DNA of 64,000 nucleotides, taken from assembly GCA_037045265.1 (NCBI GenBank), contig JBAOHV010000004.1:186328-250327 (forward strand), read 5' to 3'. A model generated the notes under the pieces. That model did not search any database. It was not told where the DNA came from and worked only from the letters and a program-made list of their open reading frames with translations. Each line of letters opens with the position of its first letter. Position 1 is the stretch's first letter. The translations under genes and the position numbers were made by a program. Source of the stretch: Microthrixaceae bacterium (GTDB lineage Bacteria > Actinomycetota > Acidimicrobiia > Acidimicrobiales > Microtrichaceae). Positions 39,215-48,377 of the stretch are shown here, piece after piece.

Positions 39215-40105
39215 CCTGGAGCCGCCTCGGACCTGCCGGTCGACTCGCCCACCGCGAGGTTGTCGATCAACCGTGCCCTGCCGAACCTGACGGCACCGAA
39301 CAGCCTGGAGCGTTCGTCGGCCCGCCCCAGCGGCACGAGTGTGTCGGGATCGGCGACCTCGACGTAGTCGAGCTCGCCCAGCGGTGCTGCGTCGATCTCG
39401 GCTGCCATCAGCGAACGCAGAGCGTCTGCATCCTCGAGCCCGTCGCGCACCGCTGCCGCGCCGAGAGCGAGCGATCTGTACAGCACCGGCGCGACCAGGC
39501 GCTCGTCATCGCTCAGGTAGGCGTTGCGCGACGACATGGCGAGCCCATCGGGCTCACGGACGACCGGGCAAGCGACCACATCGACAGGGAACGAGAGGTC
39601 CTGCACCATGCGTCGCACGATCGCCAGCTGCTGGTAGTCCTTCTCACCGAAGTAGGCGCGACACGGCCCGACGATGTTGAACAACTTGGCCACGACCGTG
39701 CACACCCCGCCGAAGTGCGTACGCCGCGATGCACCCTCCATGACCGACGACAGCGCCGGGACAGCGACCCCGGCGAGCACGTGGTCGCGACCGTCTGGGT
39801 ACATCTCCTCCTCGGAGGGCAGGAACAGGGTGTGCACCCCCGCCGAAGTTGCTCTGAGCGCGTCCACCGTCGGGGTCGCGCGGGTAGGTGGTCAGGTCCT
39901 CGTCGGGAGCGAACTGCAATGGATTGACGAAGATGGTCATGGCGACGTGGTCACAGGATCCTGCTGCTGCGCGGGCCAGGGACACGTGACCGTCGTGCAG
40001 GTGACCCATGGTGGGCACGAGCCCCACCGTGGCGCCGTCGGAACGCACTGCGTCCAGCCGTGAGCGCAGCTCGCCGATCGTCACGACCCGGTCCATCGGC
40101 GGCAT
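39211..40105 (-). pseudogene. panC: pantoate--beta-alanine ligase, one frame break near 39868
   Basis: [19 protein letters not shown]...[20 protein letters not shown] then a switch to ...[10 protein letters not shown]...[16 protein letters not shown]...[11 protein letters not shown]...MSSRN. The stop overlaps the nadB ATG (ATGA). Confidence 0.9.
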
Positions 40106-40106
40106 G

Positions 40107-40850
40107 CTAGGACCCGTCGTCAGCGAGTTCGGCCGGCAGCTCGGTTCCGACCAGCCGGGCCGCCTGGGCTGCCATGGCCAGGTAGGCCGGATGCTCGGAC
40201 CGGTCGATCACTTCCAGGTGTCGGCGAACCGTGGACCAGTCACCGCGGGCGACCGGGCCGGTGAGCGCAGCGGGCGGACCGAGCTCGGCCACGTTGGCGA
40301 GCGATCCGCCGGCGAGAGCCAGATAGGCCTCGAGCGGCACACCCACCTGTGCAGCCACCCTCTCGACCTGGCCCATCAACGCCACCAGGTGGTTGGACGC
40401 GATCGCAGCAGCGGCGTGGTAGGAACCACGCAACTCGTCGGGCACCTCTACCGCGGTTCCTTCGAGAGCCTCCACGACCTTCAGCGCCGCAGGATCGCCC
40501 GCCACCCCGAACCACGCTCCGCGCAGCCGGAGAGCCCCCTTCGGACCGTCGGGGAGGGAGACGAGGGGATGGACCGAAGCCCTGCGTGGATGCGGGTGCA
40601 ACACGTCCAGGCCCAACGACCCCGAGCAGTGGACGACCAGCGTGGCGGGGTGCACCGGCCACGACGCCACCAGTTCCGGGACCGCTGCGTCGGGAACGCA
40701 GCACAGGACCATGTCGACACCCGCGCCCGGATCCAGATGGGTGTGTCGCACCAGGTCGACGCTCCAGCCCCGCGACTCGAGGGCACCGGAGAACGACGAC
40801 CCGGCCCGACCCGAGCCGACCACGCGCAGACGCGATGCACTTGCGCTCAC
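40107..40850 (-). CDS. Rossmann-like + DUF2520-domain protein (putative oxidoreductase commonly found next to panC in actinobacteria)
   Basis: GTG start. [14 protein letters not shown] dinucleotide-binding motif. C-terminal ...LTGPVARGD... typical of DUF2520. Confidence 0.65.
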   Translation of the reverse strand: MSASASRLRVVGSGRAGSSFSGALESRGWSVDLVRHTHLDPGAGVDMVLCCVPDAAVPELVASWPVHPATLVVHCSGSLGLDVLHPHPRRASVHPLVSLPDGPKGALRLRGAWFGVAGDPAALKVVEALEGTAVEVPDELRGSYHAAAAIASNHLVALMGQVERVAAQVGVPLEAYLALAGGSLANVAELGPPAALTGPVARGDWSTVRRHLEVIDRSEHPAYLAMAAQAARLVGTELPAELADDGS

Positions 40851-40860
40851 GGGCGACCGG

Positions 40861-41313
40861 TCACAGCAAATCGACCTGCACGACCGCGCCGTCCGACAGC
40901 TGCAGGTCGCGGGCTGTCACCAGCTCGGGCGCCAGGTCGTGCAGCGGTGCCAGCACGAACCGACGCTGCTTCCAACGTGGGTGGGGGATCGTCAATCGCT
41001 CATCGTCCATCGTCACGCCGTCCATCCAGATGATGTCGATGTCCAGGGTGCGGGGACCCCAGCGGACATCACGCTTGCGTTCGGCTGACGATTCGATGCG
41101 GTGACACACCCCGAGCAACTGGAACGGGGTCAGCTCGGTGTCCATCTCGACCACCAGGTTGAGGAAGTTGTCCTGTGCCGGACCACCCACGGGAGCCGTC
41201 TCGTACACCGGCGACACGGCCACGACGTCCGGCAGCGACTCGACGGCTTCGCGCAGCAGCGCTCTGCGGTCGCCGAGGTTGGACCCCAACGACAGGAACG
41301 TCCGCGTGCTCAT
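40861..41313 (-). CDS. folK: 2-amino-4-hydroxy-6-hydroxymethyldihydropteridine diphosphokinase
   Basis: FLSLGSNLGDR...SPVYETAPVGGPAQDNFLN...WGPRTLDIDII...LTIPHPR...RRFVLAPL. Confidence 0.95.
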   Translation of the reverse strand: MSTRTFLSLGSNLGDRRALLREAVESLPDVVAVSPVYETAPVGGPAQDNFLNLVVEMDTELTPFQLLGVCHRIESSAERKRDVRWGPRTLDIDIIWMDGVTMDDERLTIPHPRWKQRRFVLAPLHDLAPELVTARDLQLSDGAVVQVDLL

Positions 41314-41323
41314 CGGGTACGGC

Positions 41324-41713
41324 TCATCGGTCCCGGCCGCAGGTGACGACGACCCCCGAGCTGTCGAGCAGTTGTGGGATCGGTGGGCGCAGCTTCCTCA
41401 CCGCGACCCGGACCGCTGCGATCCTGCCGTCGAGTCCGAGCACTGCTTCCGCGACCTCGACCGCCAGCCGTTCGAGGAGCTGAGGCCGCAGGTCCGCGAC
41501 CGTCGACTCGACGAGACCGCAGACTGCCCCGTAGTCGACGGTGTCGGCCAGATCGTCGCTGCTGGCCGACACGAACATGTCGACGTAAAGGTCGAGGTCG
41601 AACTCCAGGGGCTGGGCCCGGGTGCGCTCCTCGGGCAGGACGCCCACGACGCCTGCCATCCGGAGGCCGCGCAGCTCGATGCGGTCGGCGTCGGCGCCCG
41701 GGACGATGGCCAC
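41324..41713 (-). CDS. folB: dihydroneopterin aldolase
   Basis: DRIELRGLRMAGVVGVLPEERTRAQPLEFDLDL...DDLADTVDYGAV. Confidence 0.9.
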   Translation of the reverse strand: MAIVPGADADRIELRGLRMAGVVGVLPEERTRAQPLEFDLDLYVDMFVSASSDDLADTVDYGAVCGLVESTVADLRPQLLERLAVEVAEAVLGLDGRIAAVRVAVRKLRPPIPQLLDSSGVVVTCGRDR

Positions 41714-41721
41714 TGCTGTTG

Positions 41722-42240
41722 TCAGGCCTCTTCGGCCAGCCGGGCGGCCTCGGTCACGAGCTGTCGACCGTCGGCGCCGATCTGCCTCCCGGTGATGTGC
41801 TCGATGAGGGCGATCGCCTTGGGGGGCTCTGGAACCATCGCGTTCCAGACCAGGTAACCGGCCAGGAATCCCACCAACCGCTCGGAGAGCTCGTCCTGGT
41901 GCAGGATCAGACGCTGCCGTTCCGTGAGCAACCGCCGCAGCTCGGTGTAGGACTGACGGAGGAACTTCGGGATGTCCTCACCGGCCGGGAATGGCCAGTG
42001 GCGCCAGCGCACGCCGAGCTCGTCGTAGCTGTGCAGGTTGTTGGGCGCGCTGGAGAGCGACACGACGAGGTCGAATCCCTGCTCCCGGATCCAGATGATC
42101 TCCTCTTGGCGACGCACCTTGCGGTGGTTCTGTCCGAACCCGCCGGGACGCTCGCAGATGGCGAGCTGATCCTTGATTATCCAACTGAAGTGACGGGGTT
42201 CGATGCCCTGTGCCCATTTGCCCTTGGCGGCCAACTCCAC
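41722..42240 (-). CDS. dual-specificity-phosphatase-like protein lacking the catalytic Cys (HQDELSER in place of HCxxGxxR)
   Basis: 172 aa. GTG start 1 nt after the folP TGA, with a GGGAGG RBS inside the folP 3' end. Layout ...ICERPGG...WIREQGFDLVVSLS...YDELGVRWRHWPFPAGEDIP...LILHQDELSERLVGFLAGYLVW resembles the DSP/PTP fold. Confidence 0.5.
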   Translation of the reverse strand: MELAAKGKWAQGIEPRHFSWIIKDQLAICERPGGFGQNHRKVRRQEEIIWIREQGFDLVVSLSSAPNNLHSYDELGVRWRHWPFPAGEDIPKFLRQSYTELRRLLTERQRLILHQDELSERLVGFLAGYLVWNAMVPEPPKAIALIEHITGRQIGADGRQLVTEAARLAEEA

Positions 42241-43227
42241 TCACCTCCCAGATCGCGCGACGCCGGCGGACGATCGTAGAGGATGTCGGGCGCCGTCGGT
42301 GCCGACATCGACCGACCGACCCGGGTCGGCGGGGGATCCGTGTTCGCGGAACCCGCCGGCGACGATCACCGCAGCCTGGACCGTAGCCAGGACGTCATGA
42401 GCACGAACCATCGCCGCACCTTGCTGCATCGCCCATGTCGCGGTCGCCAGCGAGCCGTCGATCCGCTCCGACACCGGCACCGGCACCGGCACCGGCACCG
42501 GCACGATCGCAGAGGATCCGGTGGGTGCACGCCTGGGCTCGGTGTTCATGTGCAGGTCGGACCGTGCGAGCAGCTCGCCGGTGAACCGCTTGCGGCTGGT
42601 CCCCACAAGCACGGGGAACCCCTCGCCCACCAGCACATCGAGGTGGGCCAGCAACTCCAGGTTGTGCGACGTCGTCTTGCCGAACCCGATCCCCGGGTCG
42701 ACCCAGACCTCCTCCACACCGGCGTCGACAGCCGCTTCAGCTCGCTCCACCAGAAACGCCCGCACGTCGTCCACCACGTCGTCGTAGACAGGGTTCGCCT
42801 GCATCGTGCGCGGGTCACCTGACATGTGCATGGCGACCCACCCGACGCCGAGCTCAGCCGCCGTCGGCCACAGCGACGCACTCACGTCGTTGATCAACGT
42901 GGCTCCTGCCGCCACTGCAGCGCCGGCGGTCAGGGCGTTGCGCGTGTCGATGGAGAGCCTGGCCCCACGTTCGGACACGACCGGCGACAGCGCCTCGATC
43001 ACCGGAATGACACGGCTGAGCTCGTCGGCGACGTCGACCGGGTCAGCACCGGGCCGTGTCGATTCACCCCCGACGTCGATCACCACAGCACCCTGGTCGA
43101 GCATCTCGACCGCGTGTTCCACGGCTCGCCCCGGATCCTGGAACCGTCCCCCGTCCGAGAACGAGTCTGGTGTGATGTTGAGCACACCCATCACCGCAGG
43201 TGCGCTGCTTGGCTGGTTCGAGGACAT
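42241..43227 (-). CDS. folP: dihydropteroate synthase with a (PV)5-containing insertion and C-terminal extension
   Basis: MSSNQPSSAPAVMGVLNITPDSFSDGGRF...IDVGGESTRPGA...INDVSA...VDPGIGFGKT...LVGTSRKRF...MVRAHDV. Start is 4 nt downstream of the folE stop. Confidence 0.9.
   Translation of the reverse strand: MSSNQPSSAPAVMGVLNITPDSFSDGGRFQDPGRAVEHAVEMLDQGAVVIDVGGESTRPGADPVDVADELSRVIPVIEALSPVVSERGARLSIDTRNALTAGAAVAAGATLINDVSASLWPTAAELGVGWVAMHMSGDPRTMQANPVYDDVVDDVRAFLVERAEAAVDAGVEEVWVDPGIGFGKTTSHNLELLAHLDVLVGEGFPVLVGTSRKRFTGELLARSDLHMNTEPRRAPTGSSAIVPVPVPVPVPVSERIDGSLATATWAMQQGAAMVRAHDVLATVQAAVIVAGGFREHGSPADPGRSVDVGTDGARHPLRSSAGVARSGR
42472..42504. repeat. 5.5 x hexanucleotide repeat CACCGG inside folP (encodes PVPVPVPVPV on the minus strand)
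   Basis: caccgg x5 followed by cac. Perfect copies. Confidence 0.9.
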
Positions 43228-43231
43228 CGAC

Positions 43232-43924
43232 TCAGCGGCGGTTCTCGATGAAGCGCATCGCCTCGGCCCGTGCCGCCGAGTCCGTACGGAACACCCCGCG
43301 TACCGCCGAGGTGACCGTCGATGCTCCGGTCTTGCGGATCCCGCGCATCGCCATGCACATGTGCTCCGCCTCGATGACGACCAGGACACCGCGGGGATCC
43401 AAGCTGGCTTCGATCGCGTCGGCGATCTGGGTCGTCAGACGCTCCTGGACCTGCGGGCGTCGGGCGTACCCGTCGACGAGGCGGGCGATCTTGGACAGTC
43501 CTGTCACCCGACCGTCCATGTTGGGGATGTACGCGACATGAGCTGACCCGAAGAACGGCACCAGGTGGTGTTCGCACATGGAGAACATGGAGATGTCGCG
43601 GACCATGATCACCTCGTCGTGACCGGCGTCGAAGGTGACCTTCAGATGCCGCGCGGCGTCCTCGTGCAGACCCGAACAGGTCTCTGCGTACATCCTGGCG
43701 ACCCGAGCAGGGGTGTCCGCGAGGCCCTCACGTTCTGGATCCTCACCGATCGCCGCGAGGATCTCCCTGACAGCACGTTCGATCCTGGGCTGGTCGACCT
43801 GGGGTGACAGGTCGGGTGCGAGCGGCAGCGAGTCCGGTGTGTTCAGGTCGTTCGAACGAGGCCGTGGGGCGTGGTCGTCGTTGCTCAGCTCGTGAGCGTC
43901 TCTGGTCTGCGACATCTGGTCCAC
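43232..43924 (-). CDS. folE: GTP cyclohydrolase I
   Basis: ...[29 protein letters not shown]...[10 protein letters not shown]...RPQVQERLT...[11 protein letters not shown]. Confidence 0.95.
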   Translation of the reverse strand: MDQMSQTRDAHELSNDDHAPRPRSNDLNTPDSLPLAPDLSPQVDQPRIERAVREILAAIGEDPEREGLADTPARVARMYAETCSGLHEDAARHLKVTFDAGHDEVIMVRDISMFSMCEHHLVPFFGSAHVAYIPNMDGRVTGLSKIARLVDGYARRPQVQERLTTQIADAIEASLDPRGVLVVIEAEHMCMAMRGIRKTGASTVTSAVRGVFRTDSAARAEAMRFIENRR

Positions 43925-44064
43925 CTTCGGGGCGGGTCGGGTGTGGAGAATCGAGGGGAGTCGGGAGAGGTCAGATCAGGCTACAGAGCGCCCCGTTACG
44001 TTGCGGACGAGGAGGTCCGCACACGGCTTGGGTGCCGCGGCGCCGGCCGCGCGAGGCTCTCGCC

Positions 44065-45507
44065 GTGAACCACGACTTCCGCGGACCGTTCAGCGACGGA
44101 CCACCCGCATCGGCGCTCATCGTCGACGAACCGCCTCTCGCGGGATTCCGCATGGCCGACGTGAGGCGGATGATCACCGCGGCTGCCGTTCTCTCGTGGT
44201 CGGTGCTCGCTGCGCTCGGGCGGAGGGTTCTGCGCAGACAGGACAGCTCGATCGTCGAGGCAGCCTGCAACGGCCTGGTCGACGGGTTCATCCGTCTGGG
44301 TCCGACGTTCGTCAAGGGCGGACAGATCATCGCCAGCTCCGGCAGCATGTTCCCCCCTGTGCTGGCCGATGCAGCTCGCAGATGCCTTGACGAGGTGCCG
44401 GCGTTCCCGGTCGAATCCGTCCGCGAGACGATCGCCGGCGACCTGGGTGCACCGGTGGAGCAGATCTTCGCGTCGTTCGACGACGAGCCGCTCTCCGCCG
44501 CATCGATCGGCCAGGTGCACGCCTGCACACTCCGCGATGGCCGCTGCGGTGTGGTCAAGGTGCAGCGTCCCGACATCCGCGATCAGATGGCTACCGACCT
44601 GCGCAACATGTACCGGATCGCCGGGCTGATCGAACGCACCCCGTGGGGCCGCACCTCGGGTGCCCGCGGGATCATCCGCGACCTGCACGCGGTCACGTTC
44701 CGGGAGCTGAACCCTGCACTCGAGGCATACCAGCAGGACCTGTTCCGCTCGAACATCTGGGCGTTCGGAGACAACAGCCGCGTGACTGCGCCCGAGGTCT
44801 ACTGGGACCACTGCGGCCCGCGCATCATCTGCATGGAACGCGTCAGCGGGATCGCCATGGACCGCTTCGACGACCTCGCCGCTCGGGGTGTCGACGGGCA
44901 GTCGGTGCTGCGCAGGGGGGCCAAGGTCTGGGCCGAGTCGGCGATGGTGCACGGACCGTTCCACGGCGACATGCACGCCGGCAACATCTGGGTCCTCGAC
45001 GACGGCCGCGGCTGCTACCTGGACTTCGGGATCATGGGAGAGCTGTCACCCGAGTGGCGCGACGTCCTCAAGGACCTCTTCTACACGTGCGCTTTCGACC
45101 AGGACTTCACCCGGGTCGCGAAGGCGTACAGGGCAGTGGGCGCGATCCCTGCCGACATGGGCACCGACGAGGAGCTCGGGATGTTCCTCAACATGGTCCT
45201 CGCCCCGATGCTCAACGACGGATTCGCCAGCATCGACATCGCCGTGCTCGTCGCTCAGTCCCTGGAGATGCTCAAGACGTACCGGGCTTCCGTACCCCAG
45301 GAGCTGGCGCTGATCGCCAAGCAGCTCCTCTACATAGACCGCTTCACCAAGTTCCTGGCACCCGAGTACTCGATCACCACTGATCCGTACATCATGAAGA
45401 ACGTCTTCCCTGAGCAGGCCCGGGCGAAGGCGGAGGAGCTCGGTGTGGTGCTCGATGACACGGATCCGGCCTTCGAGCTGGGCGTCGGCACGAGGGCCGT
45501 CGACTGA
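44065..45507 (+). CDS. ABC1/UbiB-family atypical kinase
   Basis: LGPTFVKGGQIIASSGSMFP...FDDEPLSAASIGQVHACTLRDGRCGVVKVQRPDI...HGDMHAGNIWVLDDG...YLDFGIMG. Start uncertain: GTG 44065 or ATG 44152. Confidence 0.8.
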   Translation: MNHDFRGPFSDGPPASALIVDEPPLAGFRMADVRRMITAAAVLSWSVLAALGRRVLRRQDSSIVEAACNGLVDGFIRLGPTFVKGGQIIASSGSMFPPVLADAARRCLDEVPAFPVESVRETIAGDLGAPVEQIFASFDDEPLSAASIGQVHACTLRDGRCGVVKVQRPDIRDQMATDLRNMYRIAGLIERTPWGRTSGARGIIRDLHAVTFRELNPALEAYQQDLFRSNIWAFGDNSRVTAPEVYWDHCGPRIICMERVSGIAMDRFDDLAARGVDGQSVLRRGAKVWAESAMVHGPFHGDMHAGNIWVLDDGRGCYLDFGIMGELSPEWRDVLKDLFYTCAFDQDFTRVAKAYRAVGAIPADMGTDEELGMFLNMVLAPMLNDGFASIDIAVLVAQSLEMLKTYRASVPQELALIAKQLLYIDRFTKFLAPEYSITTDPYIMKNVFPEQARAKAEELGVVLDDTDPAFELGVGTRAVD

Positions 45508-45517
45508 TCCCGCCCTC

Positions 45518-46093
45518 CTAGTCGCAGTCGGGCTCGTAGACGGCCAGGTAGCGCAGGTTCCGGAACCGCTCCGAGGCATCCAACCCGTAGCCGACGACGA
45601 AGTCGCCCGGGATGGTGAATCCGACGTAGCGCACGCCGAGCCCATCGAGGTCGGCCGATTCGCGTGCCAGGAGCGTGCACACCTCGAGACTCGCCGGGCC
45701 CCGGGCCTCGAGGCTCCGACGCAGGTACCGCAGCGTCAGTCCGGTGTCGACGATGTCCTCGACGAGGATCACGTCGCGATCGTTCAGATCGACGTCGAGG
45801 TCCTTGACGAGTCGCACCACGCCGGAGGTCCGCGTCGAGGAGCCGTAGGACGACACGGCGATGAAGTCGATCTCGACCGGCAGGTCGATGGCGAATGCCA
45901 GATCGGTCAGGAATGCGTAGGCACCGCGGAGGACGCACACGAGCAGCGGGCGCTTGCCGGCGTAGTCGGTGGTGATCTCGTCGCCGATCTCACGGATCCG
46001 TGCCGTGAGCTGCTCCTCGGTCAGCAGCACCCGAGAGAGCTCGAGCTCAGATGCCAGGTTTGGTTGGTCCGATCCCGCGCGGTCGTCACTCAT
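45518..46093 (-). CDS. hpt: hypoxanthine phosphoribosyltransferase
   Basis: ...LLVCVLRGAYAFLTDL...DFIAVSSYG...DVILVEDIVDTGLTL... Confidence 0.95.
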   Translation of the reverse strand: MSDDRAGSDQPNLASELELSRVLLTEEQLTARIREIGDEITTDYAGKRPLLVCVLRGAYAFLTDLAFAIDLPVEIDFIAVSSYGSSTRTSGVVRLVKDLDVDLNDRDVILVEDIVDTGLTLRYLRRSLEARGPASLEVCTLLARESADLDGLGVRYVGFTIPGDFVVGYGLDASERFRNLRYLAVYEPDCD

Positions 46094-47048
46094 CGTCAGA
46101 TGACGTTAGCCCCGGGCTCTCCGTCGACCCACTCCGATCGGGATCGGGCGGAACCAGCGTGAGGCGACCGGCGCTACGGGTGACCCTCCAACCGCCGACC
46201 ACGTCGCACGACCGCGACTCGCCGGACGCGACCCGAAGGACCCTGCCGATCGCCTCCCGGCCGGGCGGGTAGGCCATAGCTGTGCATTCCATCCACCATG
46301 CCCGGAAGGCCGCCGATGCCACCGCTGGCGGTGCCGCCGACAGGGCCTCGGCGGCCGTCGGATCCAGTTCGGCCGCCGCTTCTGCGATCAGCTCGGCGTC
46401 CTCTCCCGCCAGATCCGCCAGGCGGCACAGCAAGGGGACGACGTCGCGGCCAGCAACGTCGTCGAGCAGCGGTAGGACCTCGCGGCGCACACGGTTGCGG
46501 GTGAACCTCGGCGAGGTGTTGGTCGGGTCCACCAGCGGATCCACTCCCAGGTGCTCACACAGGGCGACGGTCTCGGCGCGGCGTAGGTCCAGCAGCGGGT
46601 GGGTCGCTCGATCCATCGCTGCGAGGCCCGAAGGGCCTGTGCCGCGCAGGATGCGCAGGAGAACGGTCTCGGCCAGGTCGTCGGCGGTGTGGCCGTAGAG
46701 AGCATCGTCGGGGAGAACTCCCCGACGAGCCTCCCGTGCACGCGCCTCGAGGTTCGGCCCCTCGGAGACCACGACGCGAGCCGAGCTCGCTCGGGCCCCC
46801 CACCGGGTAGCGATGGTGGCGACGACCTCGCCGTCGGTGCAGCTGGCCTCCCGTAGACCGTGATCGACGTGGAACGCGGTGACATCGAGCGACGAGGCGA
46901 CAGCCAGGGCGAGGAGCGCGGTCGAGTCGGCGCCCCCGGACACCGCGCACGTGACAGTCGAGCCCGGCGGAGGGAAGTGGCAGCGGGCCAGCAGGCGCTG
47001 CATCACCGGATCGTCGGCACTCGGCCGGAGGGTACGAGCGGGGTTCAC
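46086..47048 (-). CDS. tilS: tRNA(Ile)-lysidine synthase
   Basis: PP-loop motif VTCAVSGGADSTALL. 8-nt overlap with hpt. Confidence 0.9.
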   Translation of the reverse strand: MNPARTLRPSADDPVMQRLLARCHFPPPGSTVTCAVSGGADSTALLALAVASSLDVTAFHVDHGLREASCTDGEVVATIATRWGARASSARVVVSEGPNLEARAREARRGVLPDDALYGHTADDLAETVLLRILRGTGPSGLAAMDRATHPLLDLRRAETVALCEHLGVDPLVDPTNTSPRFTRNRVRREVLPLLDDVAGRDVVPLLCRLADLAGEDAELIAEAAAELDPTAAEALSAAPPAVASAAFRAWWMECTAMAYPPGREAIGRVLRVASGESRSCDVVGGWRVTRSAGRLTLVPPDPDRSGSTESPGLTSSDDE

Positions 47049-47100
47049 CTGCTGCTGGACGAGGTGGCCGCGTGGATGCGCCGGCGGCTCACCGGTGCGT

Positions 47101-48159
47101 TCATGCCACCTCGCTCATGCGTCGCAGCCATACAGCCGGGTCGCGGATCTCGTGCAGCGTCGGCAGGTTCGCCGGACGCTCGAACGCGCGGTTCAACAAC
47201 GAGGGCCCACCGGCGGCCTCGACCTGTGCGATGAACTTCTCGCCCTGTTCGTACTGGGCGAGCTTGGCTTCGAGCCCGATGACGCGTTGCAACAGACGAG
47301 TCGCCAGGTTCATCTCCTTGCGCCTCGACCGAAGGACCCGAGCGAAGCGGTCGGCGCTCGGAACCTGGTCGACTGCTGCCCGGTCCATGGTGACGTCCCC
47401 GTGCCCCTCGAGCAGACTCATCAGCCCTCCGACGCGGTCCATGGCGTCGCGCTGTTCGGGACTGGCGAACAGCGCCACGACGCCGCCGTCCTCGAGAGGG
47501 TTCGTCCAGGTACGGGCAGCATCTGCCAGTCGACCAACCGCGGTGAAGATCCTCGTCGGGTCGGGCTCAGCCGCGCCCATGAGCTCCTCGACCAGCCCCA
47601 GGAAGTAGGGGCGGAGCCACGGAACACCTGTGAACTGCGTGCGGTGGGTCACCTCGTGAAGTGCCACCCAGAGTCTGAACTCCCGGGGAGGAAAGCCGTG
47701 ACGTTTCTCGAGCGAGAGGATGTTCGGCCCAACGTAGTAGACGAGATCCTGCTCCTCGGGGTCCTCATCCTCCAGCACCAGCAGGTCGTACTGGCCGAGG
47801 ACCCTTGTGGACATCCAGCCCAGCAGCCCCCCCAGCTCCACCGCGGCGATTCGCCCCGACAACATGCTGGCCGGCCCACCGGATAGCTCCTCCAGCCTGC
47901 CCAGCACGGGGCGTAGCAGCCGCTGGTAGGACGCCAGGTTCGCACGGACCCAGGCGTTGCGATCCACGACCCTGGCCCGCGCGTCGCCCGCCGCGGAGGT
48001 GATGCCGGTCTCTGCCTCCACGTAGTGCTGTGCCCGGCTGGTCAGCTCTGCGAAGTCCCGGGTCATCCCCGCAGCGTGATACGACGAAGCGAACGGATCG
48101 CTCCCCGACAGCCGCGCTGCGACCTGTTCGGCCAACGCCCAGTCGACCGTGTCCCCCAT
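47101..48159 (-). CDS. zinc-dependent metalloprotease (DUF2342-like, HExxH)
   Basis: 352 aa, LWVALHEVTHRTQFTGVPWLRPYF. Actinobacterial family usually found near tilS-hpt. Confidence 0.75.
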   Translation of the reverse strand: MGDTVDWALAEQVAARLSGSDPFASSYHAAGMTRDFAELTSRAQHYVEAETGITSAAGDARARVVDRNAWVRANLASYQRLLRPVLGRLEELSGGPASMLSGRIAAVELGGLLGWMSTRVLGQYDLLVLEDEDPEEQDLVYYVGPNILSLEKRHGFPPREFRLWVALHEVTHRTQFTGVPWLRPYFLGLVEELMGAAEPDPTRIFTAVGRLADAARTWTNPLEDGGVVALFASPEQRDAMDRVGGLMSLLEGHGDVTMDRAAVDQVPSADRFARVLRSRRKEMNLATRLLQRVIGLEAKLAQYEQGEKFIAQVEAAGGPSLLNRAFERPANLPTLHEIRDPAVWLRRMSEVA

Positions 48160-48180
48160 GGTCCGGCGTCGCCCCCGTCG

Positions 48181-48342
48181 TCAGCTGTCGTTGCTGGGGT
48201 AGCGGGTCTTGGTGACCCTCAGCGCGTAGAGGCCGAGCACCGTCACGACGGCGAGCACCGCGCCGGCGGCGATGGGAACGGCGAGCCAGAAGTGCCAGAC
48301 CTTGTCTGCGAACAACATGGTGGCGAGTGTAGGTCCGCTCAT
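48181..48342 (-). CDS. small single-TM protein (hypothetical); start uncertain
   Basis: FADKVWHFWLAVPIAAGAVLAVVTVLGLYALRVTKTRYPSNDS*. Candidate ATGs at 48342 and 48318. No clear RBS. Confidence 0.3.
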   Translation of the reverse strand: MSGPTLATMLFADKVWHFWLAVPIAAGAVLAVVTVLGLYALRVTKTRYPSNDS

Positions 48343-48377
48343 GTCGCCCGGCACAGCCGGGCCCGCACGCCGATCTG

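Noticed and set aside
43228-43389. N-terminal extension of folP (382-aa ORF), and similar extensions of ispD (to 24365), disA (to 26275), rlmB (to 23191) and the LAxTG protein (to 49913)
   Set aside because: The extensions overlap the upstream genes and are Arg-rich. Homology, RBS motifs and the 4-nt stop/start overlaps support the internal starts given in the feature list.
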